64,000 bases of DNA from Eledone cirrhosa. Its lineage: Eukaryota. Each line of letters begins with the position of its first letter. Position 1 is the stretch's first letter. The stretch covers positions 334,056,001 to 334,120,000 of the forward strand of contig OZ024740.1 in the NCBI GenBank assembly GCA_964016885.1. The letters are read 5' to 3'. The notes below the pieces were generated by a model. That model had not been told where the DNA came from. It searched no databases and was given only the letters and a program-made list of their open reading frames with translations. Below, in pieces: positions 15,319 through 28,342 of the stretch. The translations under genes were made by a program, and so were the position numbers.

Positions 15319-15360
<42 letters not shown>

Positions 15361-15366
<6 letters not shown>

Positions 15367-16075
15367 ATACTTTGGGAGAGTCATGTTGCCAATAAGAAAC
15401 ACACGCACCAGTTGCTTCACTTCAATTTATTATAATAAATTCGTTTATTTATTTGTTTATTTACATGTTACCGGTTGGTTGTTTGTTCTATGTGCGTGTG
15501 TGATTTCATTTTGTTCTTAATTGTAAGTTGTGATGTTGCTGTTCCACTCATATTTTCTATTTAATTTTGGTTGTTTTGGTTGTAATTATTTTATGTTTAT
15601 TGCGAGGCAATAAACATAAAAGAATTACAACCAAAATTAAATAGAAAATATGAGTGGAACAGCAACATCACAACTTAAAATTAAGGACAAAATGAAAACG
15701 CACACGCACATACAACCAACCGGTAACATGTAAATAAACAAATAAATAAACGAATATAAACACACACAGACACCCGGATGTGGCGCATGCGCAGACTGAG
15801 CACACAACACACACACAGAAACAAAATGGCGTAAAACAGAACAAAGGAGAGGCACAAAAACAAAGAAAAGAATCCCCAGTCATTGAAGAGGTCACAGAAT
15901 GTGCGACGAAATAACTTTGACAATATATAAACAACTATCTGGTTGTGGAACCAACCAACTAACCAGAAATTTATAAATTCCTAAATTTATAAATTTATTA
16001 TAATAAATTGAAGTGAAAGCACCTGGTGCGTGTGTTTCTTATTGGCAACATGACCCTCCCAAAGTATAACAATAT
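15361..16075. mobile_element. Fold-back PLE: plus arm ~15600-16075 (endonuclease C-terminus plus pLTR) with an internally deleted inverted arm at 15361-15575
   Basis: 15601-15660 translates CEAINIKELQPKLNRKYEWN, a GIY-YIG C-terminus. 15361-15441 mirrors 15992-16073, and 15442-15575 mirrors 15626-15753. Confidence 0.85.
15879..15921 (+). ncRNA. Minimal hammerhead motif, C3U variant
   Basis: GTCA-TTGAAGA-G-GTCACA GAA TGTGCGAC-GAAA-TAAC-TT-TGAC; positional homologue of 24345-24386. Confidence 0.65.
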
Positions 16076-16129
16076 CGGTTTCAACACACGTTTTCAGATA
16101 AAGAATCTTGCTAAACAAATTGAGAAACG

Positions 16130-16164
<35 letters not shown>

Positions 16165-16174
16165 TGTGTGTGTC

Positions 16175-16940
16175 CACTTCCTCACTCAATTATTCCTTGG
16201 ATGACCCTGGAGGTAGAGTCCTGAAACACTCCTTCTAGTGGGTCCTATCAGAAATACCCGTCTCCAAATTATACAGCCGGATCCGCAAGCGAGACAAGCC
16301 ACGCTCGTGGATGTTAGCCAACCATCTCGTTCGAGGTCTGCTTCTGGGCCTCCTGCCTGTTGTTTTTTACCTTAGAATCTATCCAGGAATTCTTTCCTCT
16401 AACATTCTAACCATATGCCCATAATATCGAAGCTGTGATCTCTCAATTCAGATAAGTAGCGGCTCTACCTAGAGTGACTCTGTGATCTCCGAGCTACGCA
16501 CTTTATCTATTAACGTTACTTCAAAGACTCTTCGATGGAATCCTATTTCGGCCTTTTGTATTCACCATCGTCATTACGCAAGGTACATAACCATAGTTAA
16601 GGGTTTGCACGATATCGAATTAAAGATAGTGGGTGTGGCTTTTATGCTTACCTCCCTTCTTCTAAATACTGAGTGCTGAATGTGGCGCCATACTGCAGCA
16701 GCTGCTGCATTTCTTGCAATAAATTCAGCCTCCAGCCTTCCGTCACTGAACACGGCCGCGAGATACTTCAACATCTCTCCCTGTTTCAATGGAAATTCAT
16801 TGACGTGTAGAGTGCACAAAACAGCCGCCCTGCGAGGAAGAATGTCTCAGATGTCACAGCATTGATTTCCAATCCAGCCATTCAGCACACGACATCAAGC
16901 CTATCAAATGCATGTCTGCAGAGCTGTTTTCTTTGGAACG
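16175..16940 (-). mobile_element. Degenerate RTE-type LINE 3' fragment
   Basis: LKQ...KYLAAVF.DGRLEAEF.AR...; homologous to 47290-47975, 38440-38720 and 18585-18810. Confidence 0.75.
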
Positions 16941-17108
16941 GTTCGCAAGGGGCATTGAATGACAGCTGTAGCTCCCAAATATCACTCACAACGAAGTAAC
17001 GTAGCTACAACGGGCCGTGTAAAGACCGGCTCTAAAAAGCCTAGTCTTCGCTGGTTTAAGTAAGTATCAGATTGGTAATTGGCGCGAATAATACCACGGA
17101 AACTGAAA

Positions 17109-17232
17109 TAATTGTTTCTACTTTTGGCACAAGGCCAGCAAATACCCAGTTTATTACTGGTACTTTATTTTATCGACCCCATAATGATGAAAGGCAAAGT
17201 TAACCTCGGCGGGATTTGAACTCAGAATGGCA
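17109..17232 (-). mobile_element. SINE copy (5'-truncated)
   Basis: Same core and B-box as the other copies. Confidence 0.8.
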
Positions 17233-17299
17233 AAACTGGAATAATGATGAGGAATCATAAGAACCAACCGCATCGTATATCTATCAATCTATCTATCTA

Positions 17300-17965
17300 G
17301 GGCGGGTAATATTCCCGAGATCCATGGACGAGTTCTCTCAAGTAGTTTCTGTCCTATATCGTCGCTGCCACGTCCTGCGTCTTCCAGAGCCAGTGTCTGC
17401 TCTTAGGGTATCAATATATGTCAACCTAGGTCTCCCTCTTGTAGTGTGTCCGCGTAGTGTCTCCCACAGGAGCACTGAGTGCAGAGTCAACTTTGAATAT
17501 CGGTGAGCTTGGCCAGCTAACCTCTGTGTTAATTTCAGTCTCCTCTGTGTTACTTTTGAGCTGACTTTTGGGAGGCTCCCGTACAGCTCAGTGTTCTTCA
17601 TCAACAGTGTATACAGATAAATGTGCACAGCCATCCGCATCATTCTTGTTTAGCACCCATCCACTATCTGACTGAGTTGCTTGATGAGTGTCAATGATTC
17701 AGACCGGTAAAGTAGCACAGACTCTACTGTAGCAACGAAGAGACGGATCTTCACGTCTTTACGTAGGTCCGGCTTCCATACCGATCGCAAACGATGGCAC
17801 GCTGACCAGTCTTTACTCGTCCTCTCAACCAAATCCTCCTCTGTGTTCCCAATATTTGCTCTCAGATACAGGAAGTCCTCAACCAACTTTAGCAGCTTCC
17901 GCCTACATTGATAATCTCCTCTGGCTTCTTAATGTTATCAATCAGATACTTCATCTTAATGTCAT
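17300..17965 (-). mobile_element. Degenerate RTE-like LINE 3' fragment (second family)
   Basis: VEDFLYL.A.I...KIRLFVATVESVLLY.SE...DGC...RRLKLAG.AHR...VLLWE....RGRPRLTYIDTL. Confidence 0.8.
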
Positions 17966-17996
17966 TCAGAGAGAGAGAGATGAATATATGTATATA

Positions 17997-18049
<53 letters not shown>

Positions 18050-18053
<4 letters not shown>

Positions 18054-18235
18054 CGAAGGAGGTGTGGTAATTAACCAGATGGACCATAACGCACCAGAGT
18101 ACTCAATACTTAGTGTAGTAGAATGGGTAATAGGAAAATGTTTCACCCGACGGCAGATCTGAAGCCCTCTCGACGGCTATTTCAGAAATAGCCGTCGAAA
18201 CGGCTTGAGCTCTGCTGTCGGGGTCAAACATTTTC

Positions 18236-18238
<3 letters not shown>
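18050..18238 (-). mobile_element. Short fold-back element in (TA)n with the 3' half of a hammerhead-like motif at the fold
   Basis: Hairpin 18135-18234 is centred on GACGGCTATTTC-A-GAAATAGCCGTC, followed by GAAACGGCTT. The tail is homologous to the 10617 and 25812 copies. Confidence 0.8.
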
Positions 18239-18274
<36 letters not shown>

Positions 18275-18330
18275 GAGAGAAAGAGAAATATATATATATA
18301 TATATATATATATTGAGAGAGAGAGAGAGA

Positions 18331-18973
<643 letters not shown>

Positions 18974-19166
18974 TCATACATATATAGTCATACATATATA
19001 TGCTCATATATATATATAGTCGGATAGATAAATATGAAATATGAAATTTCTCGTTACAAATTCTCATGCAGTTCTTTCTAAATATAATAGTCAGATGAAA
19101 CAATATCAAAATAAGATATGTAATACCATTAAATCACTATCATTATATTGTCATGAATTATACATA

Positions 19167-19228
<62 letters not shown>

Positions 19229-19435
19229 CAGAGAGAACGAGATAGAGAGATAGTGAGAGAGGAGGGAGAGGGAGAGAGACGAATAGAGATATAGGTAAAT
19301 AGAGAGGGGAGAAAACAACTTCTTACAAAATAAACCGCAATTGCCAGCAATAAGTAGAAAAAAAATCGCGAATATTCACTTCCATTTTGCCAAGCTCAGA
19401 TATTCTTACCGACTAAAACTTTTTGGTGGATATTA

Positions 19436-19623
19436 TGGTGGACTGGCAGTATCGATAGAGGGTCGGACGCCATGCTTTGACGCATAGAGTTACTGCCCTT
19501 GCCACTCTGAGTTCAAATCCCGCCGAGGTTAACTTTGCCTTTCATCCTTACGGGGTAGATAAAATAAAGTACCAGTAATGCACTGGTTAATTGTTGGCCT
19601 TGTGCCAAAAGTAGAAACAATTA
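19436..19623 (+). mobile_element. SINE copy (near full length)
   Basis: CTGAGTTCAAATCCCGCCGAGGTTAACTTTGCCTTTCATCC...GGCCTTGTGCCAAAAGTAGAAACAATT. Confidence 0.85.
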
Positions 19624-20039
19624 TATTTAATATATTCTTTCCGAAGTATCATCTCGGAGATATTAACCAATTTAAAAATCCTAAAATACTTCGTAAAATG
19701 TGAGATACTTTCTATTACAGTGGTATTGATTTGTAGATATCATACTGGAAATTCCTGTCGTCACAAGATATTTAATTGTTTTTGTGACTTCAGCCTTTGA
19801 TAGATTTATTATCAGACTTAGATAGGCATCAGAAGATTCTTTAATGAGTGTATTTAGGAGATTAACAAAATAGTCTCTTTACCTGGAAATGATGTACTTG
19901 TCTGAAGAGATGAGAACCACATACCCGCTAATGGTAGTTGTTGTGAAGGATGTCGTCTTATTACAAAACCATCAGTCTCGTGCATACAAATTCGCCTGGA
20001 TAACTTGAAATTGACCCAAGCAATGTCAGTCGTGAGAGT

Positions 20040-20450
20040 TAATCGCAATTTTCAAAAATGTAGACATGAAAGATTGCTTCCATTATAGCAGTATCTGTTT
20101 ACCGAAACATCCCGGTAAAGTGTATGCAAAATATGTGACAAAGAGATTTATGGAGGTTGCAGAGTCCACATTTGGAGAAGAACAGTCTATTTGTCGCACC
20201 GAATGCAATACAACCGACCAAATATTCACACTGAAGCAGGTCTTTCAGAAATTGTGAGAATACTTTGAAGCGGTGTATGATTGCTACGTAGTTTTTAAGA
20301 AGGTATACGGCCACGTTCCACGGTATCTACTGCGGAAGGTTCTGCAGGAGTATGAGACCGGACAGCGTTTTGTTGCCGTGATGTTTTTATACGAATGCCC
20401 TTTTATTAGTGTTCGGATAAATGGTGTATACTGTCACTTCTTCTGTTCAT
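20040..20450 (+). mobile_element. Degenerate RTE reverse-transcriptase N-terminal fragment
   Basis: C.HYSSICL..HPGKVYAK...EEQ...R....TTDQIFTLKQVFQK matches the RT domain 1-2 pattern NYRGISLL..PGKVY..EEQ.GFR..ST.DQIF.LRQ. Confidence 0.75.
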
Positions 20451-20485
20451 AATCTTCGGGAAATAGATTGACATGTGTTAATCCA

Positions 20486-20632
20486 AGAAGAAGAAGAAGA
20501 AGAAGAAGAAGAAGAAGAAGAAGAAGAAGAAGAAGAAGAAGAAGAAAAAGAAGAAAAAGAAGAAAAAGAAGAAAAAGAAGAAGAAGAAGAAGAAGAAGAA
20601 GAAGAAGAAGAAGAAGAAGAAGAAGAAGAAGA
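20486..20632. repeat. (GAA)n trinucleotide repeat
   Basis: Read directly; it produces the poly-E, poly-R, poly-F and poly-L ORFs. Confidence 0.95.
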
Positions 20633-20659
20633 TTTTGTGTTGACACCATGTCACATCAC

Positions 20660-20960
20660 ACACTGTTCTGTAAGCAGCATAAATCACTCTATGACGCTTG
20701 TATATATCATATATGTAATACGTATTGACGCGAAGACAAGATTGTTATATTGCATGACTAAATGTTTCAGTTATACACAATGCTAGCATATTGTTCTCCC
20801 GAAATTGTAACTAGGGATGACATGGCTATATTAGGCAGTATTTTACATTTTAGTCGAGTTAGAACAAGAACAATTATATATTTGTTGATATGGTAAAGCG
20901 TTGGACACATATATTGTGCCGGAATGCGCATTAATAAATACATTTGATTATGCATTGACA
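20660..20960 (-). pseudogene. Candidate decayed CNBD exon
   Basis: NQMYLL...VTISGEQYASIVYN*..SCNI...SDLCCL resembles EMYFI...GE.S...N.PR.....DL; several stops. Confidence 0.35.
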
Positions 20961-21035
20961 CAAAGATGACTTAACGTTCATGTATATATATATATATAAA
21001 ATAAAATTAGAATTTTATTTCTCGCCCTAGCACAG

Positions 21036-21093
<58 letters not shown>

Positions 21094-21141
21094 TGTATAT
21101 ATGCATATAACAGATACGTACATATGTGTATGTATATATAC

Positions 21142-21183
<42 letters not shown>

Positions 21184-21243
21184 ATGTCTATGTGTGCATA
21201 CTTACACACACACACACCCACATACGCACACACACGCACACAC

Positions 21244-21319
<76 letters not shown>

Positions 21320-21344
21320 ATATATATATATATATCTGTATATA

Positions 21345-21970
21345 TCTGTATATGTATAAAAATGAAGTTTTCTCTGTGTGTGTGTGGACAATTTTTAATT
21401 AGGGCTCATATATTCTAAACCATTCAAGCGATTTCTTTGAAACTTTTTACAGGGCTTTTCCTTGCACAGAACCTGTACTTGATCTACAAAGGCTTTCAAA
21501 AATCGATATTGGGGCCTTTGATGACATTAAAACATTTCGGTCATTTGTGTCAATTTTCGTGATTAAGTAAGGCAAGAGTTACCTTTCGTCAATATTTCGT
21601 GATTAAGTAAGACAAGAGGTGTCTTTCGTCAAAACTATAAGATCTCATTTTTGATGTTGTCAAACATTTTTGTTTTGGGATTTTGATTATTACAATTCGG
21701 CTTATTCGGATTTTACTTTACTCTTTGCACTTCAAACAAAATGTTTTATTGTTGTCAAAAATGTTTATACCTAGACTGGATTTCTGTTGTTACATGGGAT
21801 AACGGATGACACCGAGCTCACATATTAATTATTTCACTGGAATAGTGGCTAAGGTTTTCATGTTTACATAAAGTAAGTTTTTCTTCTATGAATTCAAATT
21901 TACTTCGTTTAGTTTAATGAGCTACACCGAAAGCTAATTGAACCGTCCAAAGGACGGGTACTTTAGCTAG
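21345..21970 (+). mobile_element. Non-autonomous Helitron-like element
   Basis: 5' end A|TCTGTATATGTATAAAAATG..(TG)n. The 3' end has a GC-rich hairpin CCGTCC-AAA-GGACGG and then CTAG|T at 21967-21971. Inserted in (TA)n. Confidence 0.7.
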
Positions 21971-21984
21971 TATATATATATATA

Positions 21985-23219
21985 TAAATACAGGTGAACA
22001 GGCAGGCTGTGAGGTTAAAGAAAACGAGGTGTAAGAAGGTAAACGGGACGTAAAACAAGAGAAAAGTATCCCTTCAACACGTGTCGTAAAATCCTTTTGG
22101 ATTTACTCCCTTTCCCTTCTCATCCCTCTCTCCCTGTAGCTCTTGATCACCTCCTCTCACTTCCGGTTTCTCTGTCTTTCTCTCTACATTCACTTTACTG
22201 AGATGGGCACGGAAACACCTTGCTCCGCAGTTATCATTACCTACGGGCTTATATGCATCGGCTAATTTATAACTTATGCCACTTTCTCTTCGGTTACTTA
22301 CCTACATGTGCCATTGTGCTGTGTGCCAACTTCTTTCGGTATGTTTATTTCTTTTTTTCCTCTTTTACTTTTTTTCTTGTTCGTCTCTCTTCACTATCAC
22401 TTCTTTCGCTCATGATCTTTTGATGGATAAAAGGCCAAGGGCGCGCTACATATCGATGTTCTGTTTTAAACGCCGAAACACCTACGATCTGTGGTAAACA
22501 ACTGATGAAGTGATACATTTCTTCTCTTGTTTACGTACCGTTTACTTCTAACACTTCGTTTTCTGTAACCACACAGTCTGCCTCTTACCGTGTATTTTTG
22601 TATTTACTGCTGTGACCTCCTCTCTGTCTGTCTTGCTCGATTTGTCTTTCGGACTGACTTCATCATTTATTTCCCTCAATTTCTCTCTCTTTCTGCCCCC
22701 CTCCTCTCTCTATATATATATCCATTTTGTTGTTTTTGGCCTGGTCACACCCTGGTCAAACCCTTTTGTATTAACTCCCTTTCCCTTCTCCTCTCACTCT
22801 CTCTCTCTGTCCCTCTTTCTCACCCCCTCTCACTTCCGATTTCTCCGTCTTTCTCTCTACCTAAACTTTACTGAGATCACCACTTAAAAACCTTGCTCCG
22901 CATTTATCACTGCATATCGGATTGTACCCATCGGCTTATTACAACTTATGCCACTTTCTCTTCGGTTACTTACGTACATCTGCCATTGTCCGGAGTCGCA
23001 ACTTCTTTCGGAATGTTTACTTCGTTTTTTGCTCTTTTCTTTTTTTATTCTTCTTCCTCTCTCTTCACTATCACTTCATTCGCTGATGGTCTGTTGATGG
23101 ATAAGAGGCCATGGGCGCACTATAGATCGCTGTTCTGTTTTAAGCGCTGAAACATCTATGATATGTAGTAAACAGCTGATGAATGGATGCTTTTCTTCTC
23201 TTGTTTAGTCCCGTTTACA

Positions 23220-23225
<6 letters not shown>
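21985..23225 (+). mobile_element. PLE-type pLTR array: inverted 3' fragment (21985-22085) plus two diverged tandem units (~22093-22600 and ~22762-23225), within (TA)n
   Basis: The units align along their length (e.g. ACTCCCTTTCCCTTCTC, GCCACTTTCTCTTCGGTTACTTAC, GTAAACA.CTGATGAA). 21985-22085 mirrors 22503-22598. Confidence 0.75.
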
Positions 23226-23273
<48 letters not shown>

Positions 23274-23278
<5 letters not shown>

Positions 23279-23432
23279 AGTTATTCCGGGTTGAATCGGA
23301 GGTAACCACAGTAAGTAAGGTACTCAATTCATAGCAGAATAAACAAGTGTTAATATAGATGAGATGCTACAGAGATTCCTGATGGTTTCTAAAGAGTGAA
23401 ACAGTTCTAGTCCTGTAGAATCTCATCTATTT
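23274..23432. mobile_element. Short fold-back element within (TA)n
   Basis: Inverted pair ATAGATGAGATGCTACAG / CTGTAGAATCTCATCTAT encloses CTGATGG...GAAAC...GTC. Confidence 0.5.
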
Positions 23433-23454
23433 TATATATATATATATATACAAA

Positions 23455-23660
23455 TTATATATTCATTTTATTAAGGGTGAATAGTGAGACTTGTTACTCT
23501 AGGTTTTCGCCTGTTTATCACAGGGTCGTCAGACAAGTTGTCCATGTCATAAACCGGTGAAATTCCAGAGTAACAAGACTCAGTATTCTGCCTTTTTAAA
23601 ATGAATAATATAATTATATCTCGGTATTGAGTCCTCCGTTCTCTCAGTTATCAACTATAT

Positions 23661-23665
<5 letters not shown>
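23455..23665. mobile_element. Short fold-back pLTR-like element within (TA)n
   Basis: 23455-23508 mirrors 23558-23612 (ATTCATTTTA...GACTTGTTACTCT versus AGAGTAACAAGACTC...TAAAATGAAT). Confidence 0.7.
23490..23537 (-). ncRNA. Minimal type I hammerhead motif
   Basis: The minus strand reads CTTGT-CTGACGA-C-CCTGT GATAA ACAGG-C-GAAA-ACCTAGAG-TA-ACAAG. Stem I is 5 bp; the first pair of stem II is mismatched. Confidence 0.65.
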
Positions 23666-23749
<84 letters not shown>

Positions 23750-23799
23750 TCCCGTTAAGAGTGAAAGCAGCGATTCTTTTCTTAAACTTTAATCTGTTA

Positions 23800-24071
23800 T
23801 CTCGTAGAATAGGTGAAAGGATAGACCATCACTGGGGGGGAACTAAAAGGACGAAAAAACAGTTCGGTACTATACGAACATGCCAGACAACAACACGACG
23901 GTAACATAGACAACATTGAAATTAGAATAATATCTAAACATGGAAATGACCCAGCAGATAGGCAAATCAGAGACGCCAGTGAAATAGAACTTAGAAGGCC
24001 AAGGCTAAACAGAAAAAAATGAATGGAATAACAACAACACCAAAACAAACAACACTGACCTAAGAGAAGTA

Positions 24072-24102
<31 letters not shown>

Positions 24103-24583
24103 ATAGATAAATAAATGCATGCACAAGCACAATAACAACAAACACATATAAACACACACTAGTATAGATAGAATACATTAACCAACACACAGCCACCCAA
24201 TCACGAACACACATCAAACAAAACACTATACACACACGCAAACGCATGCGCAAAGAAGACAAAATATAAACAAATACATAAATATATAAACAGACTAAAT
24301 AAAGATGGCGTAGAAAATACAATGCAACGGGAGGAAACAATAGCACCACTGACGATGTTGCAGATGTGCAACGAAAAAACTTTGATAAACTATATATATG
24401 TGTTAGTGACTATATTGTATCCGTATTTTTGACCGTTGATGAGTCAATGGCAACATTGAGGACCGAATAAATTAGATTACCGATATAAAAGAAACAGAAG
24501 CGAAAAGGAAAAACCAACCAAACAGTGAGTGTGTTCTGTTATTAATTCTGGCAATATTACACAAATATGACACTCCCCAAGTA

Positions 24584-24588
<5 letters not shown>
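23800..24588 (+). mobile_element. 5'-truncated PLE (GIY-YIG C-terminal half plus pLTR), related to 15600-16075, ending in (TA)n
   Basis: ERIDHHWGELKGRKNSSVLYEHARQQHDG...RQIRDASEIELRRPRLNRK(fs)EW. The 3' end ATGACACTCCCCAAGTATAAC resembles ATGACCCTCCCAAAGTATAAC. Confidence 0.85.
24345..24386 (+). ncRNA. Minimal type I hammerhead motif
   Basis: ACCA-CTGACGA-T-GTTGCA GATG TGCAAC-GAAA-AAAC-TT-TGAT; perfect 6 bp stem II. Confidence 0.8.
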
Positions 24589-24630
<42 letters not shown>

Positions 24631-24633
<3 letters not shown>

Positions 24634-24975
24634 AAGTTTTATTTAAATTGTTGGGTTAACAACGAGTAAATATTTATAACTGATATAAAAGCACTCAACA
24701 AGTATTTGGAGTATATTTACGATATTAAATAAATGGAAACTATATTTATAAAACCATATTTATTTCATTATATATATTTCAACTTTTTATATATAAATCA
24801 ACTTTTCAAATAGAAGTCGAAGTTGAAAGGTATGTCGAATCTATCTATTTATAAGACTGTTTATATTGTATTTTGTCTGAAGAAGGCATAACATATTTTT
24901 AATATGATATCCCTGAAATATATATAATGAAATAAATATGGTTTTATAAATATAGTTTCCATTTATTTAATATCG

Positions 24976-24977
<2 letters not shown>
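24631..24977. mobile_element. Fold-back pLTR-like element, diverged relative of 10127-10583, within (TA)n
   Basis: 24718-24781 mirrors 24914-24977, and 24631-24712 mirrors the 10500-10583 tail. Confidence 0.85.
24871..24932 (+). ncRNA. Minimal type I hammerhead motif
   Basis: TTTTGT-CTGAAGA-AGG(C)ATA.CATATT TTT AATATG.TAT(C)CCT-GAAA-TATATA-TA-ATGAAA. Confidence 0.8.
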
Positions 24978-25666
<689 letters not shown>

Positions 25667-25772
25667 GACAGGTACACATGTTGTTCAAGTGTGTTTTACT
25701 CCGTCAATACATCGATATGTCCACCTCATGGTTGTGTTGTTATTTTCTTGAGGAACTGGAATCATTTATACA

Positions 25773-25811
<39 letters not shown>

Positions 25812-25814
<3 letters not shown>

Positions 25815-25985
25815 GGAACGAGTAGGACCCCGACGGCTGAGCTCAAGACGTTTCGACGGCTAATTCTGGACAGAATTAGCCGTCGAGACGGCTTGAGCTC
25901 AGCCGTCGGGGCTCTACTCGTTCCTATTACCCACTCTACTACCCTAAGTATTGAGTACTTTGGTGTGTTATGGTCCACCTGGTTC
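25812..25985 (+). mobile_element. Short fold-back element (family of the 10617 and 18050 copies); tail continues to ~26005
   Basis: Hairpin 25812-25927 is centred on GACGGCTAATTCTG-GA-CAGAATTAGCCGTC. Confidence 0.8.
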
Positions 25986-26012
25986 CTTACCACATTTCCT
26001 TCGTTATATATA

Positions 26013-26050
<38 letters not shown>

Positions 26051-26088
26051 TATATATAGATATATAGATATATATAAATATATATTAG

Positions 26089-26147
<59 letters not shown>

Positions 26148-26250
26148 TTTTGAGTTTATGTTGGTTGTATACCAACACCTCAGTATGCAGGCTGGAGCAC
26201 TCGACGAAGTGCGCAGGTTGGTTTGTTTACTCCGGAGTAGTGTAAAATAA

Positions 26251-26536
26251 AGTTAAATAAAAGTCAAATGATTAAAATTTAGCTTCGTTTATTACTGCTA
26301 TATATATTTCAGTGACAGCCATCTTTGGCTGTTACCTCTTCAGGCAGTTTGAATTAGTATGGTATAGACAAATACATATGTTGTTTAGGTGTATGATATT
26401 GTCAATACTCTGATATGCCCAGTTCCTTGTTGGGTTGTTAATTCACTGGGGAACTGGAGTCAAAGGTGGCTGTCACTGAAATATATATAGCAGTAATAAA
26501 CGAAGGTAAATTTTAATCATTTGACTTTTATTTAAC

Positions 26537-26537
<1 letters not shown>
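26251..26537. mobile_element. Fold-back pLTR-like element ending in (TA)n
   Basis: 26251-26327 is the reverse complement of 26461-26537 with few mismatches. Confidence 0.8.
26294..26348 (-). ncRNA. Minimal type I hammerhead motif
   Basis: The minus strand reads ACTGC-CTGAAGA-GGT(A)ACAGCC AAAGAT GGCTGT(C)ACT-GAAA-TATATA-TA-GCAGT. Confidence 0.85.
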
Positions 26538-26618
<81 letters not shown>

Positions 26619-26643
26619 GTATATATGCATACATATATATATA

Positions 26644-27703
26644 AGCAAAAAAAAGTAATATTGTTGGAATATAAACCTTTAAAAATACAGGACAAGAAAC
26701 TAAAATAAAACTTTAAAAGAATAGGACAAGAAACTAAGATAAAACTTTAAAAGAATAGGATAAGAAACTAAGATAACACTTTAAAGAATTGGACAAGAAA
26801 TAAAAAAATTTACAATAATATTAGTGGCAACATTTTTATTGGTAAAAATCGAGTTCCACATTCATAGCCTCGGGGTTCCACATTCAGAGGTCGTCGTCAG
26901 ACCGGGAGGATCATTTGATCCTGTTTTGAACACCAATTGGGCCATAACCATACCCCTATTTCATCATTCGGCGACACACCTCATGTGTCAGGCATAATGT
27001 TAATGGACCCATGGGCCCATGAGCACAGATCTTGAGCAGCAGCGGACGGTCTTGTCGTCCCGCTCATCCTTGATCTTGACCAACCCGTCCATCTTCTCCT
27101 TGCATCTTGTCCTTTAGTTCAAGTCCGGCAGTCCAGATGAATGCGTGCCACAGCTTTCTGGTACAGGAAGGGGGAGCAGGAGGACTGGAGGGATGACGGG
27201 ACAGAGGGAGGGAGGACCAGTGGTTGAGGGAGGTGCCGTAGTCGGTGGTCAGAGTCGACATATTGTCCCGGTCGTCTTCTCCATCTTCGTCTGGTGTTGC
27301 GGGACCAGAAGTGCATTCTTGGATTCTTGGAGGAGACCTGCAGCTGCATCGGCCAATTCTTCTTGCAATGGTCATTCTGACGGAGCAGAACTGCTCAGCC
27401 AACCAACCCCAACCAGAACCAAGCGCTCAGGGGCAACGCACAATGAGAGCATGACAATTATTATGCACTAATCAAGAAGATACTGGGGCATAGCACAGGA
27501 AACGAATAAAAAAATGTTGCCACTAATATTATTGTAAAATTTTTTATTTCCTGTCCAATTATTTAAAGTTTTATCTTAGTTTCTTGTCCTATTCTTTTAA
27601 TGTTTTATCTTAGTTTCTTGTCCTATTCTTTTAAAGTTTTATTTTAGTTTCTTGTCCTGTATTTTTAAAGGTTTATATTCCAACAATATTACTTATTTTT
27701 GCT
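26644..27703. mobile_element. Element with ~200 bp inverted repeats (26644-26840 / 27505-27703) built from ~33 bp subrepeats, enclosing a GC-rich 660 bp core
   Basis: GGACAAGAAACTAAGATAAAACTTTAAAAGAATA units are mirrored in the right arm; the left end abuts (TA)n. Confidence 0.8.
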
Positions 27704-27982
27704 GTACGCATTTTTCTATCTGGTCTACTATTTTTTAAGGCAATGCAAGCAACAACTATCTAATAATTAAATGATCATAGTGAATTACATTTTAAAGTTC
27801 TTTTGAGTATAATTGCAATCTAGTTGAGGCAACTGGCTTAATGACAAAGCTAGTAAATCATGAATGCATTTGAAATGATTAGTGCATAATAGTGAATTGG
27901 TGAAACTTGTACATTTCAATGGTGTTACAACAATAGATGTAAGTTATATAATAGTAATACTTTATCATTTTAACTTTTTAGA

Positions 27983-28342
27983 ATGGACAAAAACCCATGC
28001 ACAGAAATGACTTTGACTGCGGTGATTCTCTCTAATTTACTTATAAAGCAAAACGTGGTCAAATACCTTATCATCTCTGATAAAATGCCCATTGAATCAC
28101 TGAAAATCGGATGCATGGAATTCCTCATAAAATGCACCTATGAATCGGAAGCCATCACATATATCAATGGATATAGGGAGTTGTTCACACTGGAAGACCA
28201 TCACTTCATTTGTGACTTCATCAGTTATCTCCACGATTATCTCAGACACCCAATGCCATTGATGAGAGGTGATCCAATGTGTGAGCATGTAACTAATCTT
28301 ATAGAAGTTGTTATCGACCACCTGGCTTTTAGTGACATTTGA
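27983..28342 (+). CDS. 119 aa non-repetitive ORF, possibly BACK-like helical; function unknown
   Basis: Balanced composition and a preceding acceptor-like TTTTAACTTTTTAG|. NVVKYLIISDKMPIESLKIGCMEFL resembles the BTB-adjacent BACK helix pattern. Confidence 0.35.
   Translation: MDKNPCTEMTLTAVILSNLLIKQNVVKYLIISDKMPIESLKIGCMEFLIKCTYESEAITYINGYRELFTLEDHHFICDFISYLHDYLRHPMPLMRGDPMCEHVTNLIEVVIDHLAFSDI

Noticed and set aside
20434-20786. Poly-Glu, poly-Arg, poly-Leu and poly-Phe ORFs
   Set aside because: They come from a (GAA)n repeat with no coding context.
26688-26800. ~33 bp repeats as a CRISPR array
   Set aside because: The units are contiguous with no unique spacers, the context is eukaryotic, and there are no cas genes.
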